In this document: positions 35,446 to 45,297 of the stretch, one piece after another
Layout of the letters: each line of letters opens with the position of its first letter
How positions within the stretch are numbered: the stretch's first letter is position 1
Source of the DNA: a virus
Lineage: Duplodnaviria > Heunggongvirae > Uroviricota > Caudoviricetes
DNA: 48,038 nt
Virus record (IMG/VR): IMGVR_UViG_3300011840_000036
Coordinates: 1-48,038 of that record
Strand: one strand, 5' to 3'
Translations under genes and position numbers: made by a program
The notes under the pieces: model-generated
Told to the model about the DNA's origin: nothing
Seen by the model: only the letters and a program-made list of their open reading frames with translations
Database searches by the model: none

Positions 35446-36852
35446 ATGGGCATTATCACAGACGCGGTGTCATCCGCCCTGGGGCTGTCTTCCTCCGGCG
35501 GGTGGGAGTGGCAGTCGCATATTCACCAGGCGTCATTTTGTGGCGTGCCGTTTGGCGTGATTGCCGGAGAGGGGGTATATGGTCGCCGGGTGGCGGTGCA
35601 TGAATACCCGTACCGCGATACGGTCTGGGTGGAAGACCTGGGGCGCAGCGCCCGGAAGTTCACACTGCGCGGGTTCCTGATACAGGACAGTCTGGTGTAC
35701 AGCGCGGGGGATGTGTTCAGTCAGCGGGATGCCCTGGTGGCGGCCTGTGAAACATCCGGCGGAGGTCTGCTGGTCCATCCGACGCTGGGTGAGATGACGG
35801 TGTATGTCCCGGACGGAGGTCTGCGTATTGAAGAGGGCGTGGAGTCCGGGCGTGTGTTTTCGTTCACGCTGACCGTCATTGAGTCAGGGGAAAAAGCGTT
35901 TTCACTGGTGACGGGGACAACCTCCACGTCATCGGAGACGTGGTATCAGACGCTGACCACAACGGCCACCGTGACGCTGGCGGCGATTACCGGTGAGATG
36001 AACAGTGTCACCGGGGCGGTAAAAACGATAAAGAGCACGGTGAGCGCGTGGAAGACGATATTTTCGCGGGCGGTGACGTCGGTGACCAGCATGACCAGCA
36101 CGGTGTCATCCCTGTATTCGCCTGACAGTTACGGGCGTTACTGTCGGGGCAGTGACACGCCGTCGGGCAGCACGGCCTCGTCGCTTGCAACGTGGCTTGC
36201 CACCACGGATGCGGATGATGACAGTATCCTGGAAACCATTCAGGCCTGCTCCGTGCAGGACCGGTCGGCGGCGGAGTCGGCGACAGCGGTGCTGGAGGAT
36301 ATCACATCCGTGTCCGGTGCCGTGTCCGCGATACAGGCGGTCATTATCACTCTGGCGGAGGCCACGGGCAGCGACACGGAGAAAATCCGCGTCATGGCTG
36401 AGATTGCGTCGGCGGAAGACGGGACGTATTACGAAGGGGAGGCGGCAAATGCCATCTCTGCGGCGGTGCAGGCCCTTATCCGCACACTGGGGGCCGGAGC
36501 GATGCTGTGGCGGCTGATGCAGTATTCCCCCCGTGGTCACGACGACGCGGTGTTGGTGATGCGGAAGGCCCGCACGGTGACGGAAACCGTCCTGCTGTTA
36601 CTGGCTGACCGTACGGATGACGACAGTTATGACGCGCTGAATGCGCAGTACACGCAGTTTGTCACCCACTGGCAGACGAATTATCTGTCACAACAGGACG
36701 TGATGAAGGTGACCAGCCGCTCACCGCAGCCGTCGCTGGCGCTGGCAAACCGGCTGTATCAGGACGCCTCGCGTGCGGACGAACTGGTACAGGCGGTCTC
36801 TCCCGTCCATCCGGCGTTCATGCCGCTTTCCTTCACAGCGAGAAACACATGA
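35446..36852 (+). CDS. Mu gpN-like DNA circularisation protein
   Basis: Start at MGIITDAVSS... with GAGGAG RBS (ORF track starts at 35428); position after the tape measure matches Mu N. Confidence 0.7.
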   Translation: MGIITDAVSSALGLSSSGGWEWQSHIHQASFCGVPFGVIAGEGVYGRRVAVHEYPYRDTVWVEDLGRSARKFTLRGFLIQDSLVYSAGDVFSQRDALVAACETSGGGLLVHPTLGEMTVYVPDGGLRIEEGVESGRVFSFTLTVIESGEKAFSLVTGTTSTSSETWYQTLTTTATVTLAAITGEMNSVTGAVKTIKSTVSAWKTIFSRAVTSVTSMTSTVSSLYSPDSYGRYCRGSDTPSGSTASSLATWLATTDADDDSILETIQACSVQDRSAAESATAVLEDITSVSGAVSAIQAVIITLAEATGSDTEKIRVMAEIASAEDGTYYEGEAANAISAAVQALIRTLGAGAMLWRLMQYSPRGHDDAVLVMRKARTVTETVLLLLADRTDDDSYDALNAQYTQFVTHWQTNYLSQQDVMKVTSRSPQPSLALANRLYQDASRADELVQAVSPVHPAFMPLSFTARNT

Positions 36853-37937
36853 GTACAACCACAGATGACACCCTGACGCTGAAGGTGAACAACACCGTCA
36901 TGTCGGGATGGAGCCATATCCGGGTGACGCGGGGTATTGAGCGCCTGCCGTCGGATTTTGAGCTTTCGCTGACGGACTGGTATCCGCAGGAGGGCTTTCA
37001 GCTGGCCCCGCCGGGGAGCAGCTGCACGATATCCATTGGTGATGACCGGGTGATGACCGGCTATGTCGACCAGTGGGTGAACACCCTGACGCCGCAGTCG
37101 CATGATATCCGGGTGACGGGCAGGGGAATGTGCCAGGACCTTGTGGACTGCGCCGCCTGGTGGGAGAACAACATGATAAAGGGCGGCGATGCGCTGGCCA
37201 TCATCAGAAAACTGGCGTCGGTGTACGGCATCACGGTGACGACAGACATCGACAGTTTCACCACGGTGCCGGATTTTGTCATCAACTGGGGGGAGTCGTC
37301 GCAGCAAATCATTGACCGCATCTGCCGGTATGAGGGGCTGCTGTATTACGACCTGCCGGATGGCAGCCTGTTCCTGACGCGGGCAGGAACGGCGTCGGCA
37401 GCCAGTGGGGTGACGCAGGGGGTGAACCTGCAGAAGGCGGAGTACACACGAAGCATGAATGAACGGTTTTCGGAATACACCGGGCTGTCGGTGTCGGTGA
37501 ACAGCCTCAGCGAGCTGTCACCGGCATCCGGTTATGACAGCGTGCTGCTGGCGACGGCCCGTGACCCGGAAGCCGCCGGTATGCGCACCCGTCGTCACGT
37601 GACGATAGTGGAGAGCACGCTGATGACGACGGGGTGTGCACAGCAGGCGGTGAACTGGGAAATGAACCGGCGCTACGGGCGTTCCATGGCAGTGAACGTC
37701 ACGGTGGACAGCTGGCGTGACAGTGCGGGAACGCTGTGGCAGCCCAACACCTTTGTGCCGGTGAGCATACCGGCACTGGGGGCGGACAGTCTGAACTGGC
37801 TGGTCTCTGAGGTGACGTTCAGCCGTGACGATGAGACGGGGACCACGGCATCGCTGGTCCTGATGCCGCCGGAGGCGTTCAGCGTGCAGCCGTACCGTTT
37901 TTATTCCGGCGTGGCCGGAAGGGATGTGTCGTCATGA
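36849..37937 (+). CDS. Baseplate hub protein (Mu gpP/gp44-like)
   Basis: 362-aa ORF in Mu gene order after the N-like gene. Confidence 0.7.
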   Translation: MSTTTDDTLTLKVNNTVMSGWSHIRVTRGIERLPSDFELSLTDWYPQEGFQLAPPGSSCTISIGDDRVMTGYVDQWVNTLTPQSHDIRVTGRGMCQDLVDCAAWWENNMIKGGDALAIIRKLASVYGITVTTDIDSFTTVPDFVINWGESSQQIIDRICRYEGLLYYDLPDGSLFLTRAGTASAASGVTQGVNLQKAEYTRSMNERFSEYTGLSVSVNSLSELSPASGYDSVLLATARDPEAAGMRTRRHVTIVESTLMTTGCAQQAVNWEMNRRYGRSMAVNVTVDSWRDSAGTLWQPNTFVPVSIPALGADSLNWLVSEVTFSRDDETGTTASLVLMPPEAFSVQPYRFYSGVAGRDVSS

Positions 37938-38515
37938 ATCCTGTACAGGTGCTTTTTCGCCGTCTGGTGTCACTGCTGAGCGTGGGGCGCGTGACGGCGG
38001 GTGATGACAGCGGTGTGGTGCAGACCGTGCAGGTGCAGAGTCCGTCAGAGGTACGCAGCGACACGCCGGTTCTTCAGCAGTTTGGTTTTTCCTCGGTGCT
38101 GCCCGACGGAACGGATGTGGTGGTGATGAGTCTTGCCGGTAACCGCAGCAGCGCGGTGGTGGTGGCGTCCGGCCATCAGTCATACCGGATTAACGGTCTG
38201 AGCAGCGGTGAGGTGGTGGTCTACAACCAGTGGGGGCAGTTCGTCCGTCTGGGTGAGGACGGGATTGTGGTGGAGGCCTCCGGGCAGCCGGTGACGGTGA
38301 ACAGGGCCACCACGCTGAAGGTAACGGCGACGGACGGGGTCACCCTTGAAACGCCGTCGCTGAAGGTGACGGGGGATATCACGGACAACTGTGAAACCAA
38401 CAGCACCACGCTGAAGGCGCTGCGGGAGGCATACAACATCCACACCCACCCGGTCAGCGGTGTGGAGAGCGGCGGCAGCACGGTGACAAGTCAGGCAACC
38501 ACGGGGACGGTGTGA
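37934..38515 (+). CDS. Baseplate spike/assembly protein V-like (Mu gp45-like)
   Basis: 193-aa ORF with an OB-fold-like N-terminal region, following the hub gene. Confidence 0.7.
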   Translation: MNPVQVLFRRLVSLLSVGRVTAGDDSGVVQTVQVQSPSEVRSDTPVLQQFGFSSVLPDGTDVVVMSLAGNRSSAVVVASGHQSYRINGLSSGEVVVYNQWGQFVRLGEDGIVVEASGQPVTVNRATTLKVTATDGVTLETPSLKVTGDITDNCETNSTTLKALREAYNIHTHPVSGVESGGSTVTSQATTGTV

Positions 38516-38516
38516 G

Positions 38517-38954
38517 ATGAGCGATATCACGCTTTTGTACGATGAAGAGGCGCTGCGGTGCGACTGGTCCGTGGGCACAGGTGACATTGTCTGCGGAAAT
38601 GATTTGCAGACGGCCATTCTCATCAGCCTGTTCACGGACAGGCTGGCGGATGCATCAGATGAGACGGATGACGGCAACCGGCGCGGATGGTGGGGTGACC
38701 TTGAGCAGGACTACCGGGTTGGTTCACGGCTGTGGCTGCTGCGCAGGCAGAAACTGACCACACAGGTGGCGCTTAAGGCGGAGGCATACGCCCGGGAGGC
38801 GCTGCAGTGGCTGAAGGATGACGGCGTGGTGGCCTCGCTGGATGTGGAGGCGTGGATAGTGCCGCCGGACCGGCTGTACATGACCATTGCATACCAGCGT
38901 CCGGATGCGGACACGACGGAATACCAGAAATTTTACCGGGTGTGGGAGGTATGA
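38517..38954 (+). CDS. Baseplate protein (Mu gp46-like)
   Basis: 145-aa ORF between the spike and J-like genes. Confidence 0.65.
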   Translation: MSDITLLYDEEALRCDWSVGTGDIVCGNDLQTAILISLFTDRLADASDETDDGNRRGWWGDLEQDYRVGSRLWLLRRQKLTTQVALKAEAYAREALQWLKDDGVVASLDVEAWIVPPDRLYMTIAYQRPDADTTEYQKFYRVWEV

Positions 38955-38955
38955 G

Positions 38956-40110
38956 ATGCCGTTTGAGCGTCCCGGATTAAGCGAACTGCGTGAGAAAAGC
39001 CGGTCGTATGTGACCGGCCAGCTGGATGAGGCCGGTGCCCTGCTGCGGTTTTCCACGCTGGGGATTCTGGCGGATGCCGTGGCGGGCATGACGCATCTGC
39101 ATTACGGCTATCTTGACTGGATAGCGCAGCAGTGCACACCGGCCACGGCCACCGGGGAATATCTGGCGGCGTGGGGGGCACTGAAGGGCATCATCCGCAG
39201 GGCAGCAGTGGCGGCCACCTGTGAGGCGGTGCGCTTTACGGGCACACCGGGCAGCACGGTGAGCGCGGAGGCGGTGCTGAACCGTGCGGACGGGTATCAG
39301 TACACGCTGGATGAGGATGTGAGCATTGACAGTGACGGCAGCGGCACGGGGAGCATCACGGCGGTGCTGCCGGACCCGACGGATGACCGCAGCGGCGGTG
39401 GTGATGACGGTAACGCGGATGCCGGAACGACCCTGACACCGGATGTCACCTGGTCAGGCATCGACTCAACGGTGACGATGGTGAGTGCCGCCACCGGCGG
39501 CAGTGACACTGAGGATGAGGAAGCGTACCGCCAGCGCGTGCTGTATGCGTACCAGAACCCGCCTCAGGGCGGGGCGGCGGCGGACTATGTGCAGTGGGCG
39601 CTGGAAGTTCCCGGTGTGACCCGTGCATGGTGTGTGAACCGTGCACTGGGGTTCGGGACGGTGGGTGTTTACATCATGACGGACGGAGATGATGAAGACA
39701 ACGCCGGGGGCTTTCCTGACGGCACGGACGGGGTGGCAACGGATGAGGACTGGACGGACCGGAAAGCCACGGGGGTGCAGCTGACGGTGGCGGACCATAT
39801 CCGGCAGTACCAGCCGGTCACGGCGGTGGTGTACGTGATGTCGCCGGTGGCCAGAAGCATTGATTTTGAGATACAGGGGCTGAGCAGTGCCACGGCGGCA
39901 CTGAAGGCACGGGTGGAGAGTGCCATCAGCGAGGTGCTGTACAACGTGGGTGAACCGGACGGCAGCGGGGTGATTCACCTTTCAGACCTCTGGTACGCCA
40001 TTGCGGACACAGAGGGGACAGACGGGTTCATTCTGGTGTCTCCTGACAGCAACATCACGCTGTCGCAGGGAGAGCTGCCGGTGACCGGAACGATAACCTG
40101 GGCAACATGA
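38956..40110 (+). CDS. Baseplate J-like protein (Mu gp47-like)
   Basis: Start at MPFERPGLSELREKS... (ORF track begins upstream at a TTG, 38887); about 384 aa. Confidence 0.75.
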   Translation: MPFERPGLSELREKSRSYVTGQLDEAGALLRFSTLGILADAVAGMTHLHYGYLDWIAQQCTPATATGEYLAAWGALKGIIRRAAVAATCEAVRFTGTPGSTVSAEAVLNRADGYQYTLDEDVSIDSDGSGTGSITAVLPDPTDDRSGGGDDGNADAGTTLTPDVTWSGIDSTVTMVSAATGGSDTEDEEAYRQRVLYAYQNPPQGGAAADYVQWALEVPGVTRAWCVNRALGFGTVGVYIMTDGDDEDNAGGFPDGTDGVATDEDWTDRKATGVQLTVADHIRQYQPVTAVVYVMSPVARSIDFEIQGLSSATAALKARVESAISEVLYNVGEPDGSGVIHLSDLWYAIADTEGTDGFILVSPDSNITLSQGELPVTGTITWAT

Positions 40111-43100
40111 GGAACAGGATGAGTCGTTTTTCACATGATGACTACACGCGCGCGATGCTGAACCTTCTGCCGTCAGGGATTGCCTGGAGCCGTCTGCCTG
40201 ACAGCGTGCAGCACCGGCTGATACGCGGACTGGCACAGGCGTACCGGCAGAGTGACGCTGATGCGTGCGCACTGATAACGGGCGCCTTCCCGGAAACGGC
40301 GGATGCGCTCACTGATGAGTGGTATGCCTCGCTGGGGCTGAATGATGAATGCGGGACGCAGGCATCCACCACAGACCCGGCGCAGGCCAGAAAATTCATT
40401 CTGGCGAAACTGCTGTCGACGGGCGGGCAGAGTGTGGCGTATTTCACGGAGCTTGCGGCGACGATGGGGTACAGCATCAGTATCCGTGAGTACCGCACAC
40501 CACTGTGCGGATTTTCGTGGAGCGGGCATCTGCTGAGTGACGACAACCGGTTTAACTGGACCGTGGTGGTGGCCCCGCCGGGGGATGAGGTGACCACCTC
40601 ACGGGCGTACCTGGAGTGCCTGTTTCGTCGTTATGCCCCGGCGCATACGCTGGTGACGTTTGAGTGGCAGTTATCGTACAGCGCCGCCCTGAGCATTGCA
40701 TGGGACAACATCACACACGTTCTTTCCGGCGCGCTCACGGCAGATGAGGGGGTGGTGGTGTCGGGGGTGACGGTGAATGTTGTCATCAAATCCGCGTCGG
40801 GACAGCGGTATGTGGCGACAGTGACAACGGACAGTGAAGGGCACTGGTCGTATGAAATGGAGGATGATGATTTTGCGAACGGCTGGTATTCGGCGTATGC
40901 AGAGGCTGCCGTTGACATGCCGGATGACGTGACAGTACCGGTACGCAGTGAGGTGATAAATCTGCGGAAAACCGTGAGTGTGCGCGGTGTGAGCCTGTCG
41001 GTCACTGAGCTGGAGCTTGACAATGATGAGTGTGCTGCGGTTGCGGTGAGTGTCTGGCCGGAGAATGCTGAAGACCGGAGCTGGACTGTGACGGTCAGCG
41101 ATGAAAGCGTGGTGTCGGTGGTGGTCAACAGCGACAGTTCACTGACCGTGTGCGGGATGAGCGAAGGTGATGCGGTGGTGACGGTGACGACAAATGACGG
41201 CGGACACACGGCAACATTACAGGTCAGCTGTTACGTGCCGGCGGTTTTTGATTCGGTCTGTGCTTCATCGTCAAAAGCGCTGGTCAGTGTTGCTGATGTG
41301 GTGAACTGCCGTGTCAGCTTCGGCGACGGATATGTTGCTGCGGACCAGCTTGAAACGACAACCAGCGGGGGCTGGGCGAATATCCTGTTACCCGACTCAC
41401 TGGCAGACGGGGAGCTCCGGACAATCAGGGTGAGAACGGCGGGGAGTGTCAGGTTCAGGGTGTACGGGTACAGCAGCACGGCTTACAACGACCTGGTCAG
41501 ACTACGTCAACTTCCGGCGGGACAAAAATCCTGTAGCTACCTTGCGAGTAATACCCCCAGTCTGGTGAGTATTGACAGCGGCGCATTCCGTTTTTGCAAA
41601 AACGCTACGGCATTCGACAGTGCATTTTACCGGTGTAAAGGACTGACTGCGATACCTCCGGGGCTGTTTGCTGAGTGCGCCAGCGCCACGACGTTCTATC
41701 AGGCATTTTACGAATGTACGGGACTCAATGCAGTCGGTGACAGCGCATTTGCCGGGTGCACCGGTGCCACAACGTTTAAGGATACCTTTCGTGGTTGTAC
41801 CGGACTGAGAACGGTGGGTGACAGCGTGTTTGCCGGGTGCACCGGTGCCACAACGTTTGAGGATACCTTTTATGGTTGTACCGGACTGAGTGCCGTGGGG
41901 GACCATGTGTTTGCCGGGTGCACCAGTGCGACAACATTTTACAGGGTCTTTTATAACTGCAGGGAACTGAGCACGGTGGGTAACAGCGTGTTTGCCGGAT
42001 GTGCCAGTGCCACAACGTTTTTGCAGGCCTTTTATGGCTGCCAGGCGCTGACATCATTAGGTCAGGGGATATTTGCAGACTGCACCGGGGTGACGACATT
42101 CCTCCAGGCTTTTTATAACTGCAGGGGACTGACGGCATTGCCGGAAGGGATGTTTGACAGCTGCACTGCCGTGACCACGTTCAGTAATGCCTTTTATGGC
42201 TGCACGGCTCTGACAGCAATACCGGAAGGGTTGTTTGACAGTTGTACCGGGGTGACGACATTCAACCGGACGTTTTATGGCTGCGCGGCCCTGACAGCGA
42301 TACCGGCAAAATTGTTCGCAAACTGCACAGAGGTTGCGACGTTTGAGGGGGTGTTTTCGGGATGCTCGGGGCTGGTAACGATACCGGCAGGGTTATTTGA
42401 AAAACTCACCAGTGTCACGACGTTTGACAGCGCGTTTTACGGGTGCAGGGCACTGACAACAGTGGGTGACAGAGTATTTGCTGGTTGTACAGGTACCACA
42501 ACATTCGCAAGCGTATTTGAAGGTTGCACCGGACTGGTCACGATACCGGCTGACGTGTTTGCTGGTTGTTCGGGTGTCAGATCGTTTTACCGGTCGTTTT
42601 TGGGGTGTACAGGACTGGCAATGGTCCCCCCGGAATTGTTTGCAGATTGTACCGGAGCCACGACGTTCTATACGACATTTTACCGTTGTACCCGTCTGTC
42701 GGAAGTTCCTGCAGAGTTGTTTTCCGGTTGTACCGGAGCAAAGTCTTTCTATAAGACTTTTGGCGAATGTACCGGGTTGTCGGAGGTACCGGCCAGATTA
42801 TTTGCAGACTGTACCGGTGCCACGACGTTTGAGGGGGTGTTTTCGGGATGCCGGGGGCTGACAACGATACCGGCAGGGTTGTTCGCTGACAGCGCCAGTG
42901 TCACCACTTTCTTTGAGGCGTTTTACGAATGCACGGGCCTGACCGCGATACCGTCAGGATTGTTTGCAGACTGTGTAAGTGTGACAACCTTCAGGCGGAC
43001 CTTTTACGGTTGTTCCGGGCTGAGAACGCTGGGCGACAATGTGTTTGCCGGTTGTGTCAGTGCCACAACGTTTGAAGACACCTTTTATGGTTGTACCGGG

Positions 43101-44450
43101 CTGACAACGGTGGGAGACGGCGTGTTTGCCGGATGTACCAGTGTTACGACGTTCTACCGGGCGTTTTACGGCTGTACGGGGCTGACATCCATAGGAGAGG
43201 GAGTGTTTGCAGGTTGTACTGCTGTGACGACGTTCAGTAGTGCTTTTTATAACTGCAGGGGACTGACGGCATTGCCGGAAGGGATGTTTGACAGCTGCAC
43301 TGCCGTGACCACGTTCAGTAGTGCTTTTTATGGCTGTACGGCTCTGACAGCGATACCGGCAGGGCTGTTTGACAACTGCGTCTCTGTGACGACGTTCAGT
43401 TATGCCTTTGGCGACTGTGTGAGACTGAAGGCGCTGCCTGCCGGGCTGTTTGAAAACTGTAGTCGTGTGACGACCTTCTTCCGGACGTTTTATGGCTGCA
43501 CGGAACTGGTAACGGTGGGGGAAAGGGCGTTTGCAGGCTGCAGCAGTGCATCGACGTTCGAAGGCACATTTTACGACTGCACGAAGCTGACAACGCTGGG
43601 AGACAGTGTATTTGACGGATGTACAGGTGTGACGTCGTTCTATCAGACTTTCAGTGGCTGCACGAAGCTGACAGCAATACCTGCAGGGCTGTTTGACAGC
43701 AGCCACGGCGTGACAACCTTCTACCGGACATTTTACCGGTGTGCCGCCCTGACGACGGTGCCTGAGGCGGTATTTGACCGTTGTGTCAGCGCAGGGTCTT
43801 TCCAGGATACGTTTTTCGGTTGTACGGGGCTGACGATGTTACCTGCAGGATTGTTTGATAACTGTACCCGTGTGACGTCGTTTTACCGGACGTTCCGGGG
43901 CTGTACAGGTCTGAAGACACTGCCGGAAGGGTTGTTTGACAACAACACTGCTGTGACCACGTTCAGTCAGACTTTTTACGGCTGTACGGGGCTGGCGGTG
44001 CTGCCTGCCGGGCTGTTTGAAAACTGTACCGGAGTGACATCGTTCTATCAGACCTTTGATGGTTGCACGGGGCTGATGACGATACCGGACGGACTGTTTG
44101 CAGGACTCGCCAGCGTCACAACATTCAGAGAGACCTTTAACGGTTGTACGGGGCTGACCACTGTGGGCGACGGCTTGTTTGCGGGGTGCGTCAGTGCGAC
44201 GACGTTTGAAGGCACCTTTTACGGTTGCACAGGGCTGGAGAGTGATGTGAATGACATCCTCCCGGCGGAAGAGTACCCGCAAATAACCAGTGTGTACCGT
44301 TGTTTTTACAACTGCCGGTCATTGCAGGGAAGCGGATGTGCGCTCATTGAGAAGTTGCCTGGCGTGACGAGTTACGCGGATGCGTTTTATAACTGCGTAT
44401 CCCTGAGCGATTTCAGGACCTTGTCTGAGCGTTATCCAGTCTGGGTTTAA
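40107..44450 (+). CDS. Giant chimeric tail protein: N-terminal Mu gp48/YmfQ-like baseplate domain, Ig-like (Big_2-type) domains, then about 33 cysteine-rich 27-residue BspA-type leucine-rich repeats
   Basis: Single uninterrupted 1447-aa ORF; start overlaps the J-like stop; N-terminal ~190 aa resemble YmfQ/gp48; central segment VSVWPENAEDRSWTVTVSDESVVSVVVNSDSSLTVCGMSEGDAVVTVTT is Big_2-like; the remainder repeats the FxGCTGLTxIPxGLFxxCTxVTTFxxxF unit. Confidence 0.8.
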   Translation: MRNRMSRFSHDDYTRAMLNLLPSGIAWSRLPDSVQHRLIRGLAQAYRQSDADACALITGAFPETADALTDEWYASLGLNDECGTQASTTDPAQARKFILAKLLSTGGQSVAYFTELAATMGYSISIREYRTPLCGFSWSGHLLSDDNRFNWTVVVAPPGDEVTTSRAYLECLFRRYAPAHTLVTFEWQLSYSAALSIAWDNITHVLSGALTADEGVVVSGVTVNVVIKSASGQRYVATVTTDSEGHWSYEMEDDDFANGWYSAYAEAAVDMPDDVTVPVRSEVINLRKTVSVRGVSLSVTELELDNDECAAVAVSVWPENAEDRSWTVTVSDESVVSVVVNSDSSLTVCGMSEGDAVVTVTTNDGGHTATLQVSCYVPAVFDSVCASSSKALVSVADVVNCRVSFGDGYVAADQLETTTSGGWANILLPDSLADGELRTIRVRTAGSVRFRVYGYSSTAYNDLVRLRQLPAGQKSCSYLASNTPSLVSIDSGAFRFCKNATAFDSAFYRCKGLTAIPPGLFAECASATTFYQAFYECTGLNAVGDSAFAGCTGATTFKDTFRGCTGLRTVGDSVFAGCTGATTFEDTFYGCTGLSAVGDHVFAGCTSATTFYRVFYNCRELSTVGNSVFAGCASATTFLQAFYGCQALTSLGQGIFADCTGVTTFLQAFYNCRGLTALPEGMFDSCTAVTTFSNAFYGCTALTAIPEGLFDSCTGVTTFNRTFYGCAALTAIPAKLFANCTEVATFEGVFSGCSGLVTIPAGLFEKLTSVTTFDSAFYGCRALTTVGDRVFAGCTGTTTFASVFEGCTGLVTIPADVFAGCSGVRSFYRSFLGCTGLAMVPPELFADCTGATTFYTTFYRCTRLSEVPAELFSGCTGAKSFYKTFGECTGLSEVPARLFADCTGATTFEGVFSGCRGLTTIPAGLFADSASVTTFFEAFYECTGLTAIPSGLFADCVSVTTFRRTFYGCSGLRTLGDNVFAGCVSATTFEDTFYGCTGLTTVGDGVFAGCTSVTTFYRAFYGCTGLTSIGEGVFAGCTAVTTFSSAFYNCRGLTALPEGMFDSCTAVTTFSSAFYGCTALTAIPAGLFDNCVSVTTFSYAFGDCVRLKALPAGLFENCSRVTTFFRTFYGCTELVTVGERAFAGCSSASTFEGTFYDCTKLTTLGDSVFDGCTGVTSFYQTFSGCTKLTAIPAGLFDSSHGVTTFYRTFYRCAALTTVPEAVFDRCVSAGSFQDTFFGCTGLTMLPAGLFDNCTRVTSFYRTFRGCTGLKTLPEGLFDNNTAVTTFSQTFYGCTGLAVLPAGLFENCTGVTSFYQTFDGCTGLMTIPDGLFAGLASVTTFRETFNGCTGLTTVGDGLFAGCVSATTFEGTFYGCTGLESDVNDILPAEEYPQITSVYRCFYNCRSLQGSGCALIEKLPGVTSYADAFYNCVSLSDFRTLSERYPVWV
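41580..44420 (+). repeat. 81-bp-periodic coding repeat array with long near-identical copies (about 80 nt perfect identity at about 42109..42186 and 43243..43320)
   Basis: Direct comparison of the two copies shows an identical stretch followed by about 90 percent identity over a further ~60 nt; spacing 1134 bp (14 x 81). Confidence 0.75.
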
Positions 44451-44496
44451 TGACAGGAGGATCCCGCCGCTCCGGTGGCGGGGTAAGGAGATATGC

Positions 44497-45288
44497 GTGA
44501 AGAAAATATCTGATATCACACCGTATGTTGATGAAAACGACGAGTTTACTGACGGCGCGCCTGCCACAGGGCTGAAGCCAACGCCGTTGCTGGCGGCGTG
44601 GTTTAACCTCATTCAGCGGGAGCTGGTGAAGGTGGTGGAGGGGGCCGGGCTGACGCTGGATCCGACAGATGACACACAGCTCTGGCAGGCGTTATCGAAA
44701 TACTTTGCCTCACAGGAGAATGTGAACACTGCCATGGGTGCTCTGGGTACGATGGCCGGTCAGAACAGTGATGCGGTGGATATCACCGGCGGCGCGATAA
44801 CAGGGACATCCCTCACTGGCGATCTGACGGGCAATGCGGATACAGCCACAAAACTGAAAACGGGCCGGACAATCCAGGTAAATCTTGGCAGTACGGGTGC
44901 AGTTACTTTTGATGGCAGTGCGAATGTCACGCCGGGCGTGACCGGCACATTGCCGGTGAGCAGTGGTGGTACCGGGGCCACCACTGCGTCAGGGGCCAGA
45001 ACAAATCTGGGGCTGGGAGATGTGGCAACCCAGAATCTGAGTACGCTCGATGCCCGTTACCTGCTGACGACGGGCGGTGTGTCGGCGGTAAGGCTGGGGA
45101 GTGCCAGTTCGTATATCCCTCCCGGTAACGAAGTATCGTGGACCAGTAATCTCTCCTCCGGAAATGTGCTCACAGGGATTATTGTTCAGGAAACGGGATC
45201 AAACTCGGCAGACAATATTGGTGGGGTTTATTACCGCCAGTTGCAGTATTGCATAAACGGCACCTGGTATTCAGCTGAATCGCTATAG
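44497..45288 (+). CDS. Short tail fibre protein with P2 gpH-like C-terminal tip
   Basis: 263-aa ORF, GTG start with AAGGAG RBS; C-terminal ...QYCINGTWYSAESL resembles the P2 gpH C-terminus as recalled; Gly/Thr-rich segments; followed by a tail fibre assembly gene. Confidence 0.75.
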   Translation: MKKISDITPYVDENDEFTDGAPATGLKPTPLLAAWFNLIQRELVKVVEGAGLTLDPTDDTQLWQALSKYFASQENVNTAMGALGTMAGQNSDAVDITGGAITGTSLTGDLTGNADTATKLKTGRTIQVNLGSTGAVTFDGSANVTPGVTGTLPVSSGGTGATTASGARTNLGLGDVATQNLSTLDARYLLTTGGVSAVRLGSASSYIPPGNEVSWTSNLSSGNVLTGIIVQETGSNSADNIGGVYYRQLQYCINGTWYSAESL

Positions 45289-45297
45289 GATGAAAAT

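Noticed and set aside
40142-44282. Numerous minus-strand and off-frame ORFs (up to 250 aa) within the giant LRR gene
   Set aside because: Produced by the periodic repeat DNA, with Cys/Arg/Thr-rich repetitive translations; the single long plus-strand frame is the only one with a coherent domain architecture.
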